The position numbers were made by a program, and so were the translations under genes. From Verrucomicrobiia bacterium (GTDB lineage Bacteria > Acidobacteriota > Terriglobia > Acidiferrales > UBA7541), in contig DATMOS010000051.1 of assembly GCA_035568155.1 (NCBI GenBank), positions 24,156 to 88,155 of the forward strand: a DNA stretch of 64,000 nt, given 5' to 3'. A model generated the notes under the pieces. It did no database searches. It was not told the origin of the DNA and saw nothing but the letters and a program-made list of their open reading frames with translations. Below, one piece after another: positions 38,001-46,993 of the stretch. Numbering within the stretch: position 1 is the stretch's first letter; each line of letters opens with the position of its first letter.

Positions 38001-40442
38001 CGCAAGCGAAATCACCAGGCACCGCAGTAATGTTTCCTGAGACAGCTCAAACGTTCGACTGACCTCTTCGTTGGCCAACCTTAAGGCTTCCGCTTCCGAT
38101 TTAGCAGCCATGACCTGTACAAAAACTTTAGGAACTTCCGACTGCTTGATGACTGCCGACCCTTCCTGCGCGCTGAATGTTGAACGCAGCGTGGCGTGGC
38201 GCAACATCACCGACCCCACAGCCTTCCGCAAAATTTCGATATTCAGCGGTCCCTGAATGCGTCGAGCCAAAGGAATGTTGTACGCAGCGCGGTTCGGAAT
38301 GAATTGATCCAGAAACCACAAGCGCTGTTGAGCGGCAGAAAGCGTAAGTTCTTTGGCCTTCGGTAACGTGATGTCGCCCGCGCCGCGTGCCTGGTCGATC
38401 AGTGCATCCAATTCGATGATCGTTGGATTGGATAGAACCGCTATTAGCGGAACCCGCACCCCAAACTCCGCAGTCATTCGTGATGCAATACTCACCGCCT
38501 GCAGCGATTGCCCACCAAGACTAAGGAATGCATCGGTTACGCCAACGTGATCAATATGTAGAACCTCTTCCCATATTTTTGCGATTAGCGCTTCCCGGGT
38601 ATTTCGCGGCAAAACTAATTCGTTTCCCAGTTGTGGCCTGGCGTGCCGCAAATGAGTTGCTACAGCCGAGAGAATACTTTCGACGGAATCAAGTTCCATC
38701 GCGATTTTGCGGTAATCCGCGGGAGGCGCATGGCCTTGGCGCTCATTGCCCGCCTGTTCATCAGTTTCGCTCTGCGCCGCAATTTCGGGATTAAATTCCA
38801 CTGCCGCAGCTTCCGCGGCGCTCATGCGAAACAAACCGTCGCCGAGTAATTCCATTCCAACCGATTTCAGAAAGTTTTCCGCCGGTTGATTGCGCTCCGT
38901 TCGAACAAAGGGAATTGCAATCTCATCGGCCCCCAGGCGCTGCGCTTCACGCCCAATGGCCGCAAGCACACGATGCTCCACGCCTTTACCGAGCACCCGG
39001 CAACTCATTAAAATATTTTCCACCCGTAGGCATTTGCCTTCAGCTATCAGCACAACCAGCCCGACCTGGCCATAATCGCCGAAGCGATCCCGCGCGCTTA
39101 CCAGCAGCATTCGGTGTTCGCCGGACTCCAATAATGAGGCGATTTCCGAGGACTGCCGGCGAATTCCCGTGGTGTTGAACTGATTGGTCCGCTGCGTTAA
39201 TTGCGCGGCGCGTTCGTAATTGGCCGGCACCGGCGCCTCAATCGTGACCAGCAAATTCAAGCCGTCGATGAACTCTCGGAAGGAAGTTGCTGCGGAGCGG
39301 AAACGATTGCGTTCACCTTGCTCGCGGTAAAGCTCAGTGCGTTTTGCGTCAACGTCGGTCGCCCCGGTTCGATCGAACACCCACACGTGTTCCAAGAACG
39401 TCTGTATATGTTTTGTTCCGGGCGCCGGCAAAAGCAAAGTGGTCACCGCCGGACAGTTGCTTTGCACGTCGGCGCATTCCACCGGGTTATCATCCAGAAA
39501 AATAAAACTGTCCAAGCCGAGTTCTAATTCGTTGGCCAGCGATGCGATATTTCGCGATTTAGGCTCCCAATTGATTTTCCATGCCACGAAGTCTTCCCGG
39601 AGCAATACCATTTCGCGCCGCTGAAAAACCTCAGCAACGTCCGCTTCTTCATTCTTACTGGCAAGCGCGAGCAGAACCCCGCTGTTTTTCTGGTTTCGCA
39701 AAAAATTCTGCAATGCAAGATAATCGCCGCTTATCTCTACTTGCCTTGCGCCAATTTCGCCGACTACGCCTCCCCACAGGGTGTTGTCCGCGTCCACGAC
39801 GATGACTTTGTGTGGAGGGGTTAGCAGACCCCGCGATTTACGCGCCAGTATCGTTCCCAGCGCAGCCCAATAAGCCGGTGTGAAAGGGATATGCGCCTGA
39901 CGATCACTCTCCGGATCGTCAACAACGTCGACCGGATACAATTGCGCCAACTCGCCAGCGTCGATCAGGTGGATACCGCGAAGCGATCCCACCGCACTGC
40001 CAAGTTCAGCGTGCAGCCTTGAAAGCGTCGCGGACAATTCGGCGTTAGCTAACGCACTCTGCGAAGGCGGGCACAGAAACACCAGCGTGGTTCGTCGCGC
40101 TCGTTTTGCGAAACCTTCGAGGGCGGCGGCGAATTCTCTCGTGGCGGTCGAAATGATATCCGCGGATTTACCGGGTTTTTGATCACGTGCCCAGTCTTCC
40201 AAGCGAATCAAAAGAAAATTCACGCCGGGCTCGGTCGAAGACGGCAAACTGGCGGGGGCCATTAGTTCCTGAAAAACCTGGTTATAGCCCGAGAACACCA
40301 GCCGGACAGGGTGAATTCCTAACATGTCCAACCAGAACCGCAGAGTATCTCCGACGGGCTCCGCCGTGAAATTGGCCGTTACCGTCATCAGAAACTCGCG
40401 GGTTTCGCTCACGCTGCCTGATTTTTGGGGTTTATCGCCCAT
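32082..40442 (-). CDS. NRPS: FkbH-like glyceryl transferase-T-C-A(Thr)-T-E-degenerate C-T
   Basis: FkbH DADNTLWGG, RTNQFN, MSCRV; T GGQSL; C HHIVSDG; A code read as DFWNIGMVHK; T GGDSI; E HHLAVDG and EGHGRE; last C has VPGMLLDG; T GGHSL. Confidence 0.92.
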   Translation of the reverse strand: MGDKPQKSGSVSETREFLMTVTANFTAEPVGDTLRFWLDMLGIHPVRLVFSGYNQVFQELMAPASLPSSTEPGVNFLLIRLEDWARDQKPGKSADIISTATREFAAALEGFAKRARRTTLVFLCPPSQSALANAELSATLSRLHAELGSAVGSLRGIHLIDAGELAQLYPVDVVDDPESDRQAHIPFTPAYWAALGTILARKSRGLLTPPHKVIVVDADNTLWGGVVGEIGARQVEISGDYLALQNFLRNQKNSGVLLALASKNEEADVAEVFQRREMVLLREDFVAWKINWEPKSRNIASLANELELGLDSFIFLDDNPVECADVQSNCPAVTTLLLPAPGTKHIQTFLEHVWVFDRTGATDVDAKRTELYREQGERNRFRSAATSFREFIDGLNLLVTIEAPVPANYERAAQLTQRTNQFNTTGIRRQSSEIASLLESGEHRMLLVSARDRFGDYGQVGLVVLIAEGKCLRVENILMSCRVLGKGVEHRVLAAIGREAQRLGADEIAIPFVRTERNQPAENFLKSVGMELLGDGLFRMSAAEAAAVEFNPEIAAQSETDEQAGNERQGHAPPADYRKIAMELDSVESILSAVATHLRHARPQLGNELVLPRNTREALIAKIWEEVLHIDHVGVTDAFLSLGGQSLQAVSIASRMTAEFGVRVPLIAVLSNPTIIELDALIDQARGAGDITLPKAKELTLSAAQQRLWFLDQFIPNRAAYNIPLARRIQGPLNIEILRKAVGSVMLRHATLRSTFSAQEGSAVIKQSEVPKVFVQVMAAKSEAEALRLANEEVSRTFELSQETLLRCLVISLAPNDQVLVLNVHHIVSDGWSMGILLRDISEAYNAASKDHEPSWKPLLTSYADYAEWQRARLAAGDYQSDLDYWKNELRGAPALLEIPSDMPRPSVMTYMGGCVRRQISPATGRALEQLAEREHCTPFTVLLATFQTLLHRYSRQEDIVIGVPVAGRTHSAVEELIGCFVNTLAIRELVDKKMSFKAHLQLTRDKMLEALAHQDLPFDHLVNELDLARDLTYSPVFQVMLVLQSDIDKVFNPAGLKVTSLPLHNGGAKFDLVLEVTPASDGYQLALEFNKNLFLPETAERMLGHFTHLLAQSCEFPETSLAALSMMDEEEMHQMLSFVNADGADFNNVECLHHWFERYAAVSPNAPALTCDSQTLSYGEVNQRANQIAHYLIACGLVPDVLVGLCIDRSMDLVIAILGILKAGGGYLPIDLSYPTERLAFMLKDAQAPVLLTEKKLAASLPQHQARTIFLDDAEAFLGSQPTTNPETRVTVDHMAYVIYTSGSTGQPKGCIVTHRNVARLMRATESWFHFNEQDTWTLFHSCAFDFSVWEIWGALLYGGRVVVVPFLVSRSPEAFYELLAREKVTVLNQTPSAFRQLIQAEEAVGQKELALRYVIFGGEALEMQSLRPWFERHGEERPRLVNMYGITETTVHVTYRPLSKDDLNSGSVIGVPIPDLQIYILDDSGQLVPIGVAGEMHVGGTGLARGYLRRPELTAQRFIPDHITGRNGARLYKTGDLARFLPGRDIEYLGRIDHQVKIRGFRIETGEIESVLMEHPAVRGAVVIAREDEPGVKRLVAYLVSSQPPPEVSALREHLRKTVPDYMVPAAFVFLEKLPLTTNGKVDRKALPAPESQRPELTRRYIAPRTAAEKTLSAVWSKALRVENIGIEDNFFELGGDSILSIQIISAARREGLKLTPKLLFANQTIASLASVAGVAVTEDGPAVEVAGDVPLTPIAKWFFEQNLEDLHHYNQAFLFTVAEDPDRVVLEQALAELSKHHDALRLRAVRKNSAWRMFYSSSSEQSPLEWVDISKLVEPEQRSAIESNSAKQQASLNLQHGPLWRVAYFKSGVGQPGRLLFVVHHLAVDGISWRPLLEDLETAYQQIKAKQRVALPAKTASFKTWAERLQTLADSRLLKQELSYWTAVTEPGAVTEALKPLAMDAAASTNTEGNAKKITVTLDEDATQALLQRVPAVYNTQINDVLLTALGRAWTQWTGSRTLYTNLEGHGREHLFEEVDVSRTVGWFTSIFPVRLELNDSGDNWEPGEALKSVKEQMRRIPQRGVGYGILRYLSSDSALKSRPEPAMVFNYLGQFDSAVAGSQLLRFAAESSGPWHSPKQKRRHALEINSLVRNGRMEFEFAYSSGLHNAKRIQEFTDGFAEALREVIAHCQLPDAGGRTPSDFPLAKIDQASLDRLLAEQPGIEDIYSLSPMQTLFFSANQGSAQAAFDQWHCSLKGDLNAEAFERAWNETVGRHTILRSSVLSAGLREPLQTVHRDVRPPWTVEDWRGTPREQEQERWNALLKQDRSETLDLTHAPVMRFKLVRLEDTTWRFLWSVPGMLLDGWSWPLVFRDASRLYEAYARNAAPQLEAPRPYRDYLEWLSRQSTVESAKFWHTQLAEFRKPTALISERPVDTGGERYPEKVIKLSADATSALQSAARRLQVTLNTLVQGVWSLLLSRQSGESDVVAGAAFSGRPTDLPGAESIVGPFTNNLPVRVEINENETGSEFFRKLHARLLELNAFQFTPLMEIQRNSEVPWRYRVFDSLIVFQNYVIDDSARRLGEKIQIQDFVGPVHTNYPVLLLAEPGERLRLTLIYDRKSIAAATIERWKRDLEILLELAPVFFDKRVGELQALLSPRPVPVAETRRSAADVQAQNFVPAQTEMEKNIASVWQKMFGLEQVNVETNFFEFGGHSLLLVQMHSLLREKLNSEFPIVALFEHPTVRALARHLSQPAGETVEKGEQWRDRAQRQKKALSQMRAPTKK

Positions 40443-40601
40443 GGGGGACGTATTCCGAAGTACGGCCTTTCTAAATTTGCGCTCACGACGCTAAATGTAT
40501 GTTGCACAGGTCGCGATCCTGCGAGGCGCTGGCGCACTCCAGTGGCTTCTCAGCGATCGTCACGCGTCGGGCCTTTAGAAAGCGCCGCACTGCTCGCGCC
40601 G

Positions 40602-41540
40602 TTAAGCCGATTTCTCAGCTCGTTTTCGCCATTCGCGGTCTCGCCAGGATCTCTTTGCACCCGCACCGGTCAAATACACGCGGCTAGCCAAAGAGACCAG
40701 CGGGTTCCGTCTGCGCATAGACACAAAGTCGACCAATTCATGCCAGTTCGACTGGTTCACCACGTTGGCCGAAACCGAAATGCACGCTGTTAACATCTTC
40801 GTGGTGTGCCACCAGTGGCTGGGAATGAACAATAATTCTCCCGGCTCGAGAATGAAAACTGTAGGCTGAGCTTTCGCGAAGAGCGGAAATTTGTTCAAAT
40901 CCGGATTGTCGATGCTGTTTATCAAAGAATTGTTCTGTTTTTCCGGCGATGGATATAAGAATTGTTCCTGGCTCGGCGGATAAATGATGAATTTCTTTTG
41001 CCCATACACTTGCATCAGAAACGCATGAGTTCCAGCGCCGTCATAATGCAACACCGGAAACGCGCCGCCTTTTCCACCGATATACAGCTCTAAAGCCGCC
41101 CCGCGGTTCAAAACTTCGCTCACATATTTGACCATGTAATGGTCAGGAAGCCAGTTTGGCTGGAAATATTCAGGAAGTGGCTGAATGTCGTCTTTCAGTG
41201 TTGGGAATAATTCGTACAGCACCTGATTGCGGAAATATGGCGCTGGATCGGCTTCTGTCGAAGAAAGAACACGATCAATGAAGCGATCCATGGTGTATTC
41301 GACCGCGCCATTGCCTTGGCCCTTGTAAGCGCTCTTGCCCTTGGAATTATCGTCCAGAGTAAATTTCATACTCCCAAACTCTGTTTTGAAAAATTCTGGA
41401 GTCCAACGGCGCAGCGCTTTCCAGTCGCGAAGCGCGTCCGTAACGATCACCGGCTTGTTGGGGTACAGATATTCCTTGGCAAATTGCTCGTAGCTCAACT
41501 GCTCGCGACGGTCGACAGAATTTGTCATCGCCTTGCTCAC
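40602..41540 (-). CDS. JmjC/cupin-like Fe(II)/2-oxoglutarate oxygenase
   Basis: KPVIVTD, LHYD, GQKKF and LEPGELLFIPSHWWH (HxD...H triad). Confidence 0.85.
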   Translation of the reverse strand: MSKAMTNSVDRREQLSYEQFAKEYLYPNKPVIVTDALRDWKALRRWTPEFFKTEFGSMKFTLDDNSKGKSAYKGQGNGAVEYTMDRFIDRVLSSTEADPAPYFRNQVLYELFPTLKDDIQPLPEYFQPNWLPDHYMVKYVSEVLNRGAALELYIGGKGGAFPVLHYDGAGTHAFLMQVYGQKKFIIYPPSQEQFLYPSPEKQNNSLINSIDNPDLNKFPLFAKAQPTVFILEPGELLFIPSHWWHTTKMLTACISVSANVVNQSNWHELVDFVSMRRRNPLVSLASRVYLTGAGAKRSWRDREWRKRAEKSA

Positions 41541-41608
41541 TTTCCTTAATGCTTCGAACTCCGTTTATGCCGCGGGGATCCGCAGGACGCTATGTTTCCC
41601 AGCGTGTC

Positions 41609-43753
41609 TCAACGGTCGGCATGCACGGGTTCAATTGCGCGTGAACCAGTACTCGAAAATATTTGGGTCGAAAGTGTGTCCACCAGATTGAGATATTCAT
41701 GCTTTCTGCGGTCCCAGCTATGAAGGTCCACATAGCGGTATCCACCGGCGATTAACTTTTCGCGAAGCGCGGTATTGTCGATAACCTCGCACATCGCCTC
41801 CGCCAACGCTTTCACATCCCCGGACGTAAAAAACCGAACCACCGAATTATCGAAATAAAAATTATCTATCTTCGTTCGCGATACCACCACCGGGACGCCC
41901 TGGGACATGAATTCCATAATTTTTGTGCTGTACGCTTCGTTGCCGAAAGAGTCCGCCCGCTTGGGAACCACCCCCAGGTCCGCATTGGATATCAGGTCGG
42001 CGATGGTCTCCAGCGGAGCGCTGCCGAGAATCTTTACCTTGCCGTTCAAGCCCAACTTTTCCGTCAACGCGATTAATTCGGCTTTTTCGTCGCCGCCGCC
42101 GTAGATATGAAACTCGCAATTTGCTACGCGTTTTTGCACCAGCGCAAAAGCTTCGATGGCTATGTCCAATCCCTGATGCCATTGAAAACTGCCCGGAAAA
42201 ATGACGATGATCTTGTCGTCCGTGCGGGTGCGCTCGCGCCGGTAAAAAAGGCCCGGGTCTACGTGATTCAGGAAAACGGAGCATTTTTCTTTCGGAACAG
42301 AGCGTGAGAGCAATTTTTCATACCACAAATGATTCGAGACAATTACATAGTCGACAAAGGCTGCGGAGGCTTTCTCGATAAATTTAAGTAACGCGATATA
42401 AAGATTGCCGGGTCTGGCGTCGAACTTGTTGGCAAACAATTCTGGCACGATGTCGTGAATGTCCAGAATTATCCGCGCCCCAGTCATCTTCGGGTACCAC
42501 GCGGCGAAAACCAGAAAATCCGGAAGGTTGTGCACGTGCACCACGTCGTATTTGATGCGGTGGTGGCGTTTAGTCATAAAAATGGACGAGACCAGCAGAA
42601 AGCGCAGCAGTCGCCACGCATAAGTCCACTTCCCGCGCTCGTTGCGCACACGGTTTTGTACCCGAAATACGGTGACCCCGTTGATTTCTTCGCTAACTAA
42701 CGGTGCGTTGCCCCCGGTCAGGGCTATCACTTCAACCTGGTCTCCGCGCTTCGCAAGCGCCTCGGCGTATCGCCGCACCCGGTTGTCCGTTTCATAAGTG
42801 TTGTGCACCAGCATGCAGACTTTCTTGCGCGAATTCCGTTCTGTCAGGGGCATCGCGGAACAATAGAACCGCCCCACTTCGCAAGGCGTGGTGCTCCAAT
42901 ATTTGTTCGAGTATTTTTCCCTCGCGTAGGTTAGAAATTCCTCGTAAAACGCCGCAGGGAACTCCCCCTTTTTCGTCTGTCCTTCAAAACACATGTAATC
43001 CGGGTGCGTGTTGAGCAATGCCATGCCCCCACAGGCCGCAACCCAATCCAGTTTTTTCTTCCAGATATCGATATTGGGCTCGCGCAGGACCACGAAAAGC
43101 GTGAAATCTTGAGGCAACGTATAAGGAAGCTCTACGAACCCGCTGTTGTTTGGCCCCGGTACCCAGAAGGGAAAAACCGTACCAACGGCGTCAGGCTCAG
43201 GCTCGAATGGATCGGTATCGAATGTCGACGCGTCGTATTCCACGCCCAACTGGTGTAGCCACGCCAATTTATGCTGCATCAATGGCGACCGGAATCCGCA
43301 GGCTTTCCACTCTCGCAAAAAATTCCTGATCTGCGCCGCCTTACTCGCGAATTCCTCCTTGGACGCATAAAGCTTCCCGTCATGCTGCAAGCCGTGAACG
43401 CCAACTTCAAATCCTTGGCGCGCCATGTTCTCGCGCAAATCAGAGCTTAAAACGTATTCGCCGTCCGGAACGAAATTGAATGAGGATCGAAACCCCATGC
43501 GCCTTTCCAACGCCGTCACTTGTTCGACGCGAGATAGCCCTTTGGCGCCCTCAACGTCGTGGGTCAGAACAAACGCGAACTGCTTGCCGCCGGGCCATCC
43601 TTGCCAGCCTGGAGGGTGCACCCCAGCCTTCGGGTCGATCGGCCATGTGCCGGCGTATCTCGCTAATCGAGATTTAGCCCTCTGCCGGCGTAGCGCCAGG
43701 CGAACTGACCAGGGAATAAACGGTTTCAAAAAGTAATAAATTTCATTCAACAT
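41609..43753 (-). CDS. Fusion of a polysaccharide deacetylase-like domain and a family 4 glycosyltransferase
   Basis: N-half: LTHDVE, VHGLQHDG, GFRSP, HPDY. C-half: DNRVRRYAEAL, HVHNLPD, KIMEFMSQGVPVV. Confidence 0.85.
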   Translation of the reverse strand: MLNEIYYFLKPFIPWSVRLALRRQRAKSRLARYAGTWPIDPKAGVHPPGWQGWPGGKQFAFVLTHDVEGAKGLSRVEQVTALERRMGFRSSFNFVPDGEYVLSSDLRENMARQGFEVGVHGLQHDGKLYASKEEFASKAAQIRNFLREWKACGFRSPLMQHKLAWLHQLGVEYDASTFDTDPFEPEPDAVGTVFPFWVPGPNNSGFVELPYTLPQDFTLFVVLREPNIDIWKKKLDWVAACGGMALLNTHPDYMCFEGQTKKGEFPAAFYEEFLTYAREKYSNKYWSTTPCEVGRFYCSAMPLTERNSRKKVCMLVHNTYETDNRVRRYAEALAKRGDQVEVIALTGGNAPLVSEEINGVTVFRVQNRVRNERGKWTYAWRLLRFLLVSSIFMTKRHHRIKYDVVHVHNLPDFLVFAAWYPKMTGARIILDIHDIVPELFANKFDARPGNLYIALLKFIEKASAAFVDYVIVSNHLWYEKLLSRSVPKEKCSVFLNHVDPGLFYRRERTRTDDKIIVIFPGSFQWHQGLDIAIEAFALVQKRVANCEFHIYGGGDEKAELIALTEKLGLNGKVKILGSAPLETIADLISNADLGVVPKRADSFGNEAYSTKIMEFMSQGVPVVVSRTKIDNFYFDNSVVRFFTSGDVKALAEAMCEVIDNTALREKLIAGGYRYVDLHSWDRRKHEYLNLVDTLSTQIFSSTGSRAIEPVHADR

Positions 43754-43908
43754 GGGGGATCATGCGGTCCAAAAATATTGTCACACGTTTTCTACGAGAT
43801 GGAATTCGGGAGCGATTTTCGTGCGCGTTTCGATACATGACAACTCAGACACCAAACAACAACATCCGCTCTAAACTATGTCAGGCAACCAGCCAGACTG
43901 CGGCAAGC

Positions 43909-44862
43909 TCACTTTTTTTCGCGTGCTGAGGATACCGCAGGGGAGTTAACGCGAAACCGTGAGAGCGCTTCCCCCAGGTTTTGTACGAAGGTCTCTGAAT
44001 TGTAGACGTCGTTGTCGATCCGCGAAGATCCTGGAGGCGGAATCGGCTCTATCTCGTCCAATTGGAACTCCCGTGCGATGTCCTCCACGATTTTTGGAGA
44101 GACCACTCGTTCTTGTTCCACGTAGGTGTTAATTAAGGCGTGCTCGCATAGAAGATTCACGACCCGTGGAATCCCCAGTGAGTACATGTGAACGGTGTCC
44201 ATCGCTTCGGGACTGAAAATCTGCTCCCCGGTGGTGCCCGCGATTCGCAACCGTTCGGCGATATATGCGTGGGTCTGTTCCTTGGTAAGCGGCGCCGTCC
44301 TGCAACGTAACGTGATGCGTTGTTTTAGCTGGCGTAACTGCGGCAGCTTCAATTTTTCTTCAAGTTCCGGCTGGCCGGAAAGCACGATTTGTAAGAGTTT
44401 TTCCGTGGAGGTCTCGAGGTTGGTAAGCATACGAATCTCTTCCAACACCGGGTAGCTCAGGTTCTGGGCCTCGTCGATTATAAGAACCGCCGTCTCGCCG
44501 GCACGGTAGCGCTCCAGCAGCCACTGGTTCAGCTTCATCAACTGTTGACTCTTGGTGCGCGATTCACAGACAATTTCGAATTCGGCCAGAATAAAATCGA
44601 ACAAGTGACTGGTGTTCATCCGCGAATTAAAAAGAAATGCTGTACGCGTGCGCCGCTGCCGCAGCCAATCCAGAAGCCGGTTCACCAGGGTAGTTTTTCC
44701 CGTGCCCACTTCCCCAGTCAGAGTGATGAAACCTTTGCGTGTCTGGATGCCGTACATGAGGCCCGTCAAAGCCTCTTCAATTTGCTTCGTCAAATAAAGA
44801 TAACGAGGATCGGGATTGACGTTGAACGGGTTCTCTTTTAAGCCGAAGTAGCTCTTATACAT
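43909..44862 (-). CDS. ExeA/GspA-family AAA ATPase
   Basis: MYKSYFGLKENPF..PDPRY, Walker A GEVGTGKT, Walker B IIDEAQ, GQPEL and GIPRVVN. Confidence 0.9.
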   Translation of the reverse strand: MYKSYFGLKENPFNVNPDPRYLYLTKQIEEALTGLMYGIQTRKGFITLTGEVGTGKTTLVNRLLDWLRQRRTRTAFLFNSRMNTSHLFDFILAEFEIVCESRTKSQQLMKLNQWLLERYRAGETAVLIIDEAQNLSYPVLEEIRMLTNLETSTEKLLQIVLSGQPELEEKLKLPQLRQLKQRITLRCRTAPLTKEQTHAYIAERLRIAGTTGEQIFSPEAMDTVHMYSLGIPRVVNLLCEHALINTYVEQERVVSPKIVEDIAREFQLDEIEPIPPPGSSRIDNDVYNSETFVQNLGEALSRFRVNSPAVSSAREKK

Positions 44863-44929
44863 GTGATCGATTCTCGCTAATTCTAACTGCTAACTGGCCC
44901 GATTCGTCCACTTCACACCAACAATTCCC

Positions 44930-46357
44930 CTAACGCAGAACGAAAGGCCGAGTGTGCCATTGATACCCAATGGCAAGTTGATGTTGCGTAGAGGTGCCAG
45001 GGCTGCACAAACTAATTCCACAAGCGGCCAGGTTGGTATTTACGATATATGCCGTGTAACCCAAAGAAAGAAAAGAATTGCGGCCTATAGGACGATCTAG
45101 CCCCACCCCGAAATAGTAGTTGTTGTATGAGGCTGCTGCCAAAGCTCCGACAGCTGCAAACGCGTGCTCGCGGCCGTACCCTAGATTCGCGCGGGCGTTC
45201 CAAACCCGCGTGATTCGCCGCGTTGCATTCGCATATACGTTGTCCCCGGTAGCGCCTGCCAAAACACCGCTGCCGCCATTTGTGCCATGGTTATATGACA
45301 GCGTGACGCCGCCCCACTCAAATCCATATGTGAGAGACGCTCCTAAGGATAAGTTGGTCTGCTGGGTCTCGGTGCCGACCGGAACCCGGAACGTAGTAAT
45401 CTCCGGTCCGGCGAAGAGCCCCAAACCCAGCCGTCCCGTAATCTTCCGTCCATAAGCTAAATTAAAGGTGTGATCGCCAATTGCCTGCGATTCGCCGGTA
45501 AAGTGATACGCCGTGAAGCGATATAAAACTCCCAGCGTATCCTTCTTTGTCAGCGTGTAGTTGTATCCGATGCTCGCAATTACATCGTCATTATCGATAT
45601 TTCCGGGATCCGTGAAGCGCAACAGGCCATAAGACCCGATGAGCGTAATAGATCCTCGCGGGCTGACTGCAAAATTCGCCTGCGTCGCAAACGAGTTGCT
45701 ATACCGCGGCCCATTCGTGAGCAGCACCGTCTGGTTGGGCAGGTATACCCCGTTTAGCAGCGGCGATACTGGAGAAAGCGAACCACCGACTCCCGGGGCC
45801 GCAATACCAGATAGCCCGCCAAAACCGAATTGACTCGTCGGCAAGTACGCGAAATCGTCAAAAAACTGCAACTGCCAGCGCCGCCAGGTAAAACCCTGTA
45901 CAAATCCGAGCTGCTGGTAAGTACCGGTCCCTTCGTTGTCGGTAGAAAAATAACCGCCGCCGGAATAATTGAGAGTGAGATGCGAGTGCGGCCAAGCCTC
46001 CGACAAACTTAAGTTGCCCGCCAGAAATGTGGTATCGGACCAACCTCCTCCGCTCGCGCCGCTTTGAGCAGTATTTGCCACCTGTACGCCCGGCACCCAA
46101 TAACTGTGTCGAAACTCCACAGTACCTAGCCCTGGAGTCGCTATGCCCGTCAGCGGCGAAGTATCAGGCGTCAATGCGTTTGGATCGGTGCTGGTATCCT
46201 GTTCGTTAGCATCAATCAGCGGTGCATGCGCGGCAGGCTTGGGCTTGCCGTTTTCTTCTTGCTGGTCCTGTGCGTACACTCCGCTCGCGGTAAACGCGCT
46301 GCAGATCACGCCAACAATCACCCCACTCCTGAGAATCGATGTAATCCGACGTTTCAT
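44930..46357 (-). CDS. Outer-membrane beta-barrel protein of the EPS export locus
   Basis: Signal peptide (VYA-Q), alternating aromatic/Gly beta-strand pattern; follows wza. Confidence 0.7.
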   Translation of the reverse strand: MKRRITSILRSGVIVGVICSAFTASGVYAQDQQEENGKPKPAAHAPLIDANEQDTSTDPNALTPDTSPLTGIATPGLGTVEFRHSYWVPGVQVANTAQSGASGGGWSDTTFLAGNLSLSEAWPHSHLTLNYSGGGYFSTDNEGTGTYQQLGFVQGFTWRRWQLQFFDDFAYLPTSQFGFGGLSGIAAPGVGGSLSPVSPLLNGVYLPNQTVLLTNGPRYSNSFATQANFAVSPRGSITLIGSYGLLRFTDPGNIDNDDVIASIGYNYTLTKKDTLGVLYRFTAYHFTGESQAIGDHTFNLAYGRKITGRLGLGLFAGPEITTFRVPVGTETQQTNLSLGASLTYGFEWGGVTLSYNHGTNGGSGVLAGATGDNVYANATRRITRVWNARANLGYGREHAFAAVGALAAASYNNYYFGVGLDRPIGRNSFLSLGYTAYIVNTNLAACGISLCSPGTSTQHQLAIGYQWHTRPFVLR

Positions 46358-46366
46358 CTCATTCCT

Positions 46367-46993
46367 TTACGGCACTACGATTATGTCGCCGCCTTCGAGG
46401 GTGATGTTCTGCTCCACGTTCTTACCGGAAATCACGTCTTTGTAATTGAACGGGTGTTTCACCTGCTTCCCGTCTTCCATCCGCAGTATGTAGATCTTCT
46501 TTTCCCGCGCAAACTGTGTAAAACCGCCCGCACTCGAAAGCGCTTGCAATACCGTCATATTGGGCAGCAGCGGGAAAGCTCCCGGGCGCGCAACTTCCCC
46601 TGAGACAAAAAATTTGCGACTGTTAATTTCTGTAACGCCCACAGTCACTTGCGGGCTGGTAATATATTTCTTTAGACCTTCCGCGATTTTCGCGGCCAGT
46701 TGATTCGTCGTCAGCCCGGAAGCCTGAACATCATTTACCAGTGGTAAAGTTATTTTACCATCGGGACGAACTGGTACGACCCGCGAGATGTCCGGTTCTT
46801 TCCAAACGTCAATGCGGAGCATGTCTTGTGGACCGATCTTATAGTCAGGATCGGTCGCGACCGTACTAGCCGATATCGCCTGGCTGGGTCGGGCCGCATC
46901 GTTATTCTGGGTGGCACACCGGGTTATCGAGCCCCCAAGTCCGGAAAACAAGCTGGCGCTGATGATTAGGCCCACAAAACTTCTCTGCATCAT
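46367..46993 (-). CDS. wza: Polysaccharide export protein (Wza/OPX, Poly_export + SLBB)
   Basis: YKIGPQD, VRPDGKITLPL, VSGEVARPG and LEGGDIIVVP motifs; likely start ATG 46993. Confidence 0.88.
   Translation of the reverse strand: MMQRSFVGLIISASLFSGLGGSITRCATQNNDAARPSQAISASTVATDPDYKIGPQDMLRIDVWKEPDISRVVPVRPDGKITLPLVNDVQASGLTTNQLAAKIAEGLKKYITSPQVTVGVTEINSRKFFVSGEVARPGAFPLLPNMTVLQALSSAGGFTQFAREKKIYILRMEDGKQVKHPFNYKDVISGKNVEQNITLEGGDIIVVP

Noticed and set aside
22160-41540. NRPS-PKS block as a recently inserted mobile island
   Set aside because: No integrase, transposase, tRNA or flanking direct repeats seen; an older insertion cannot be excluded.
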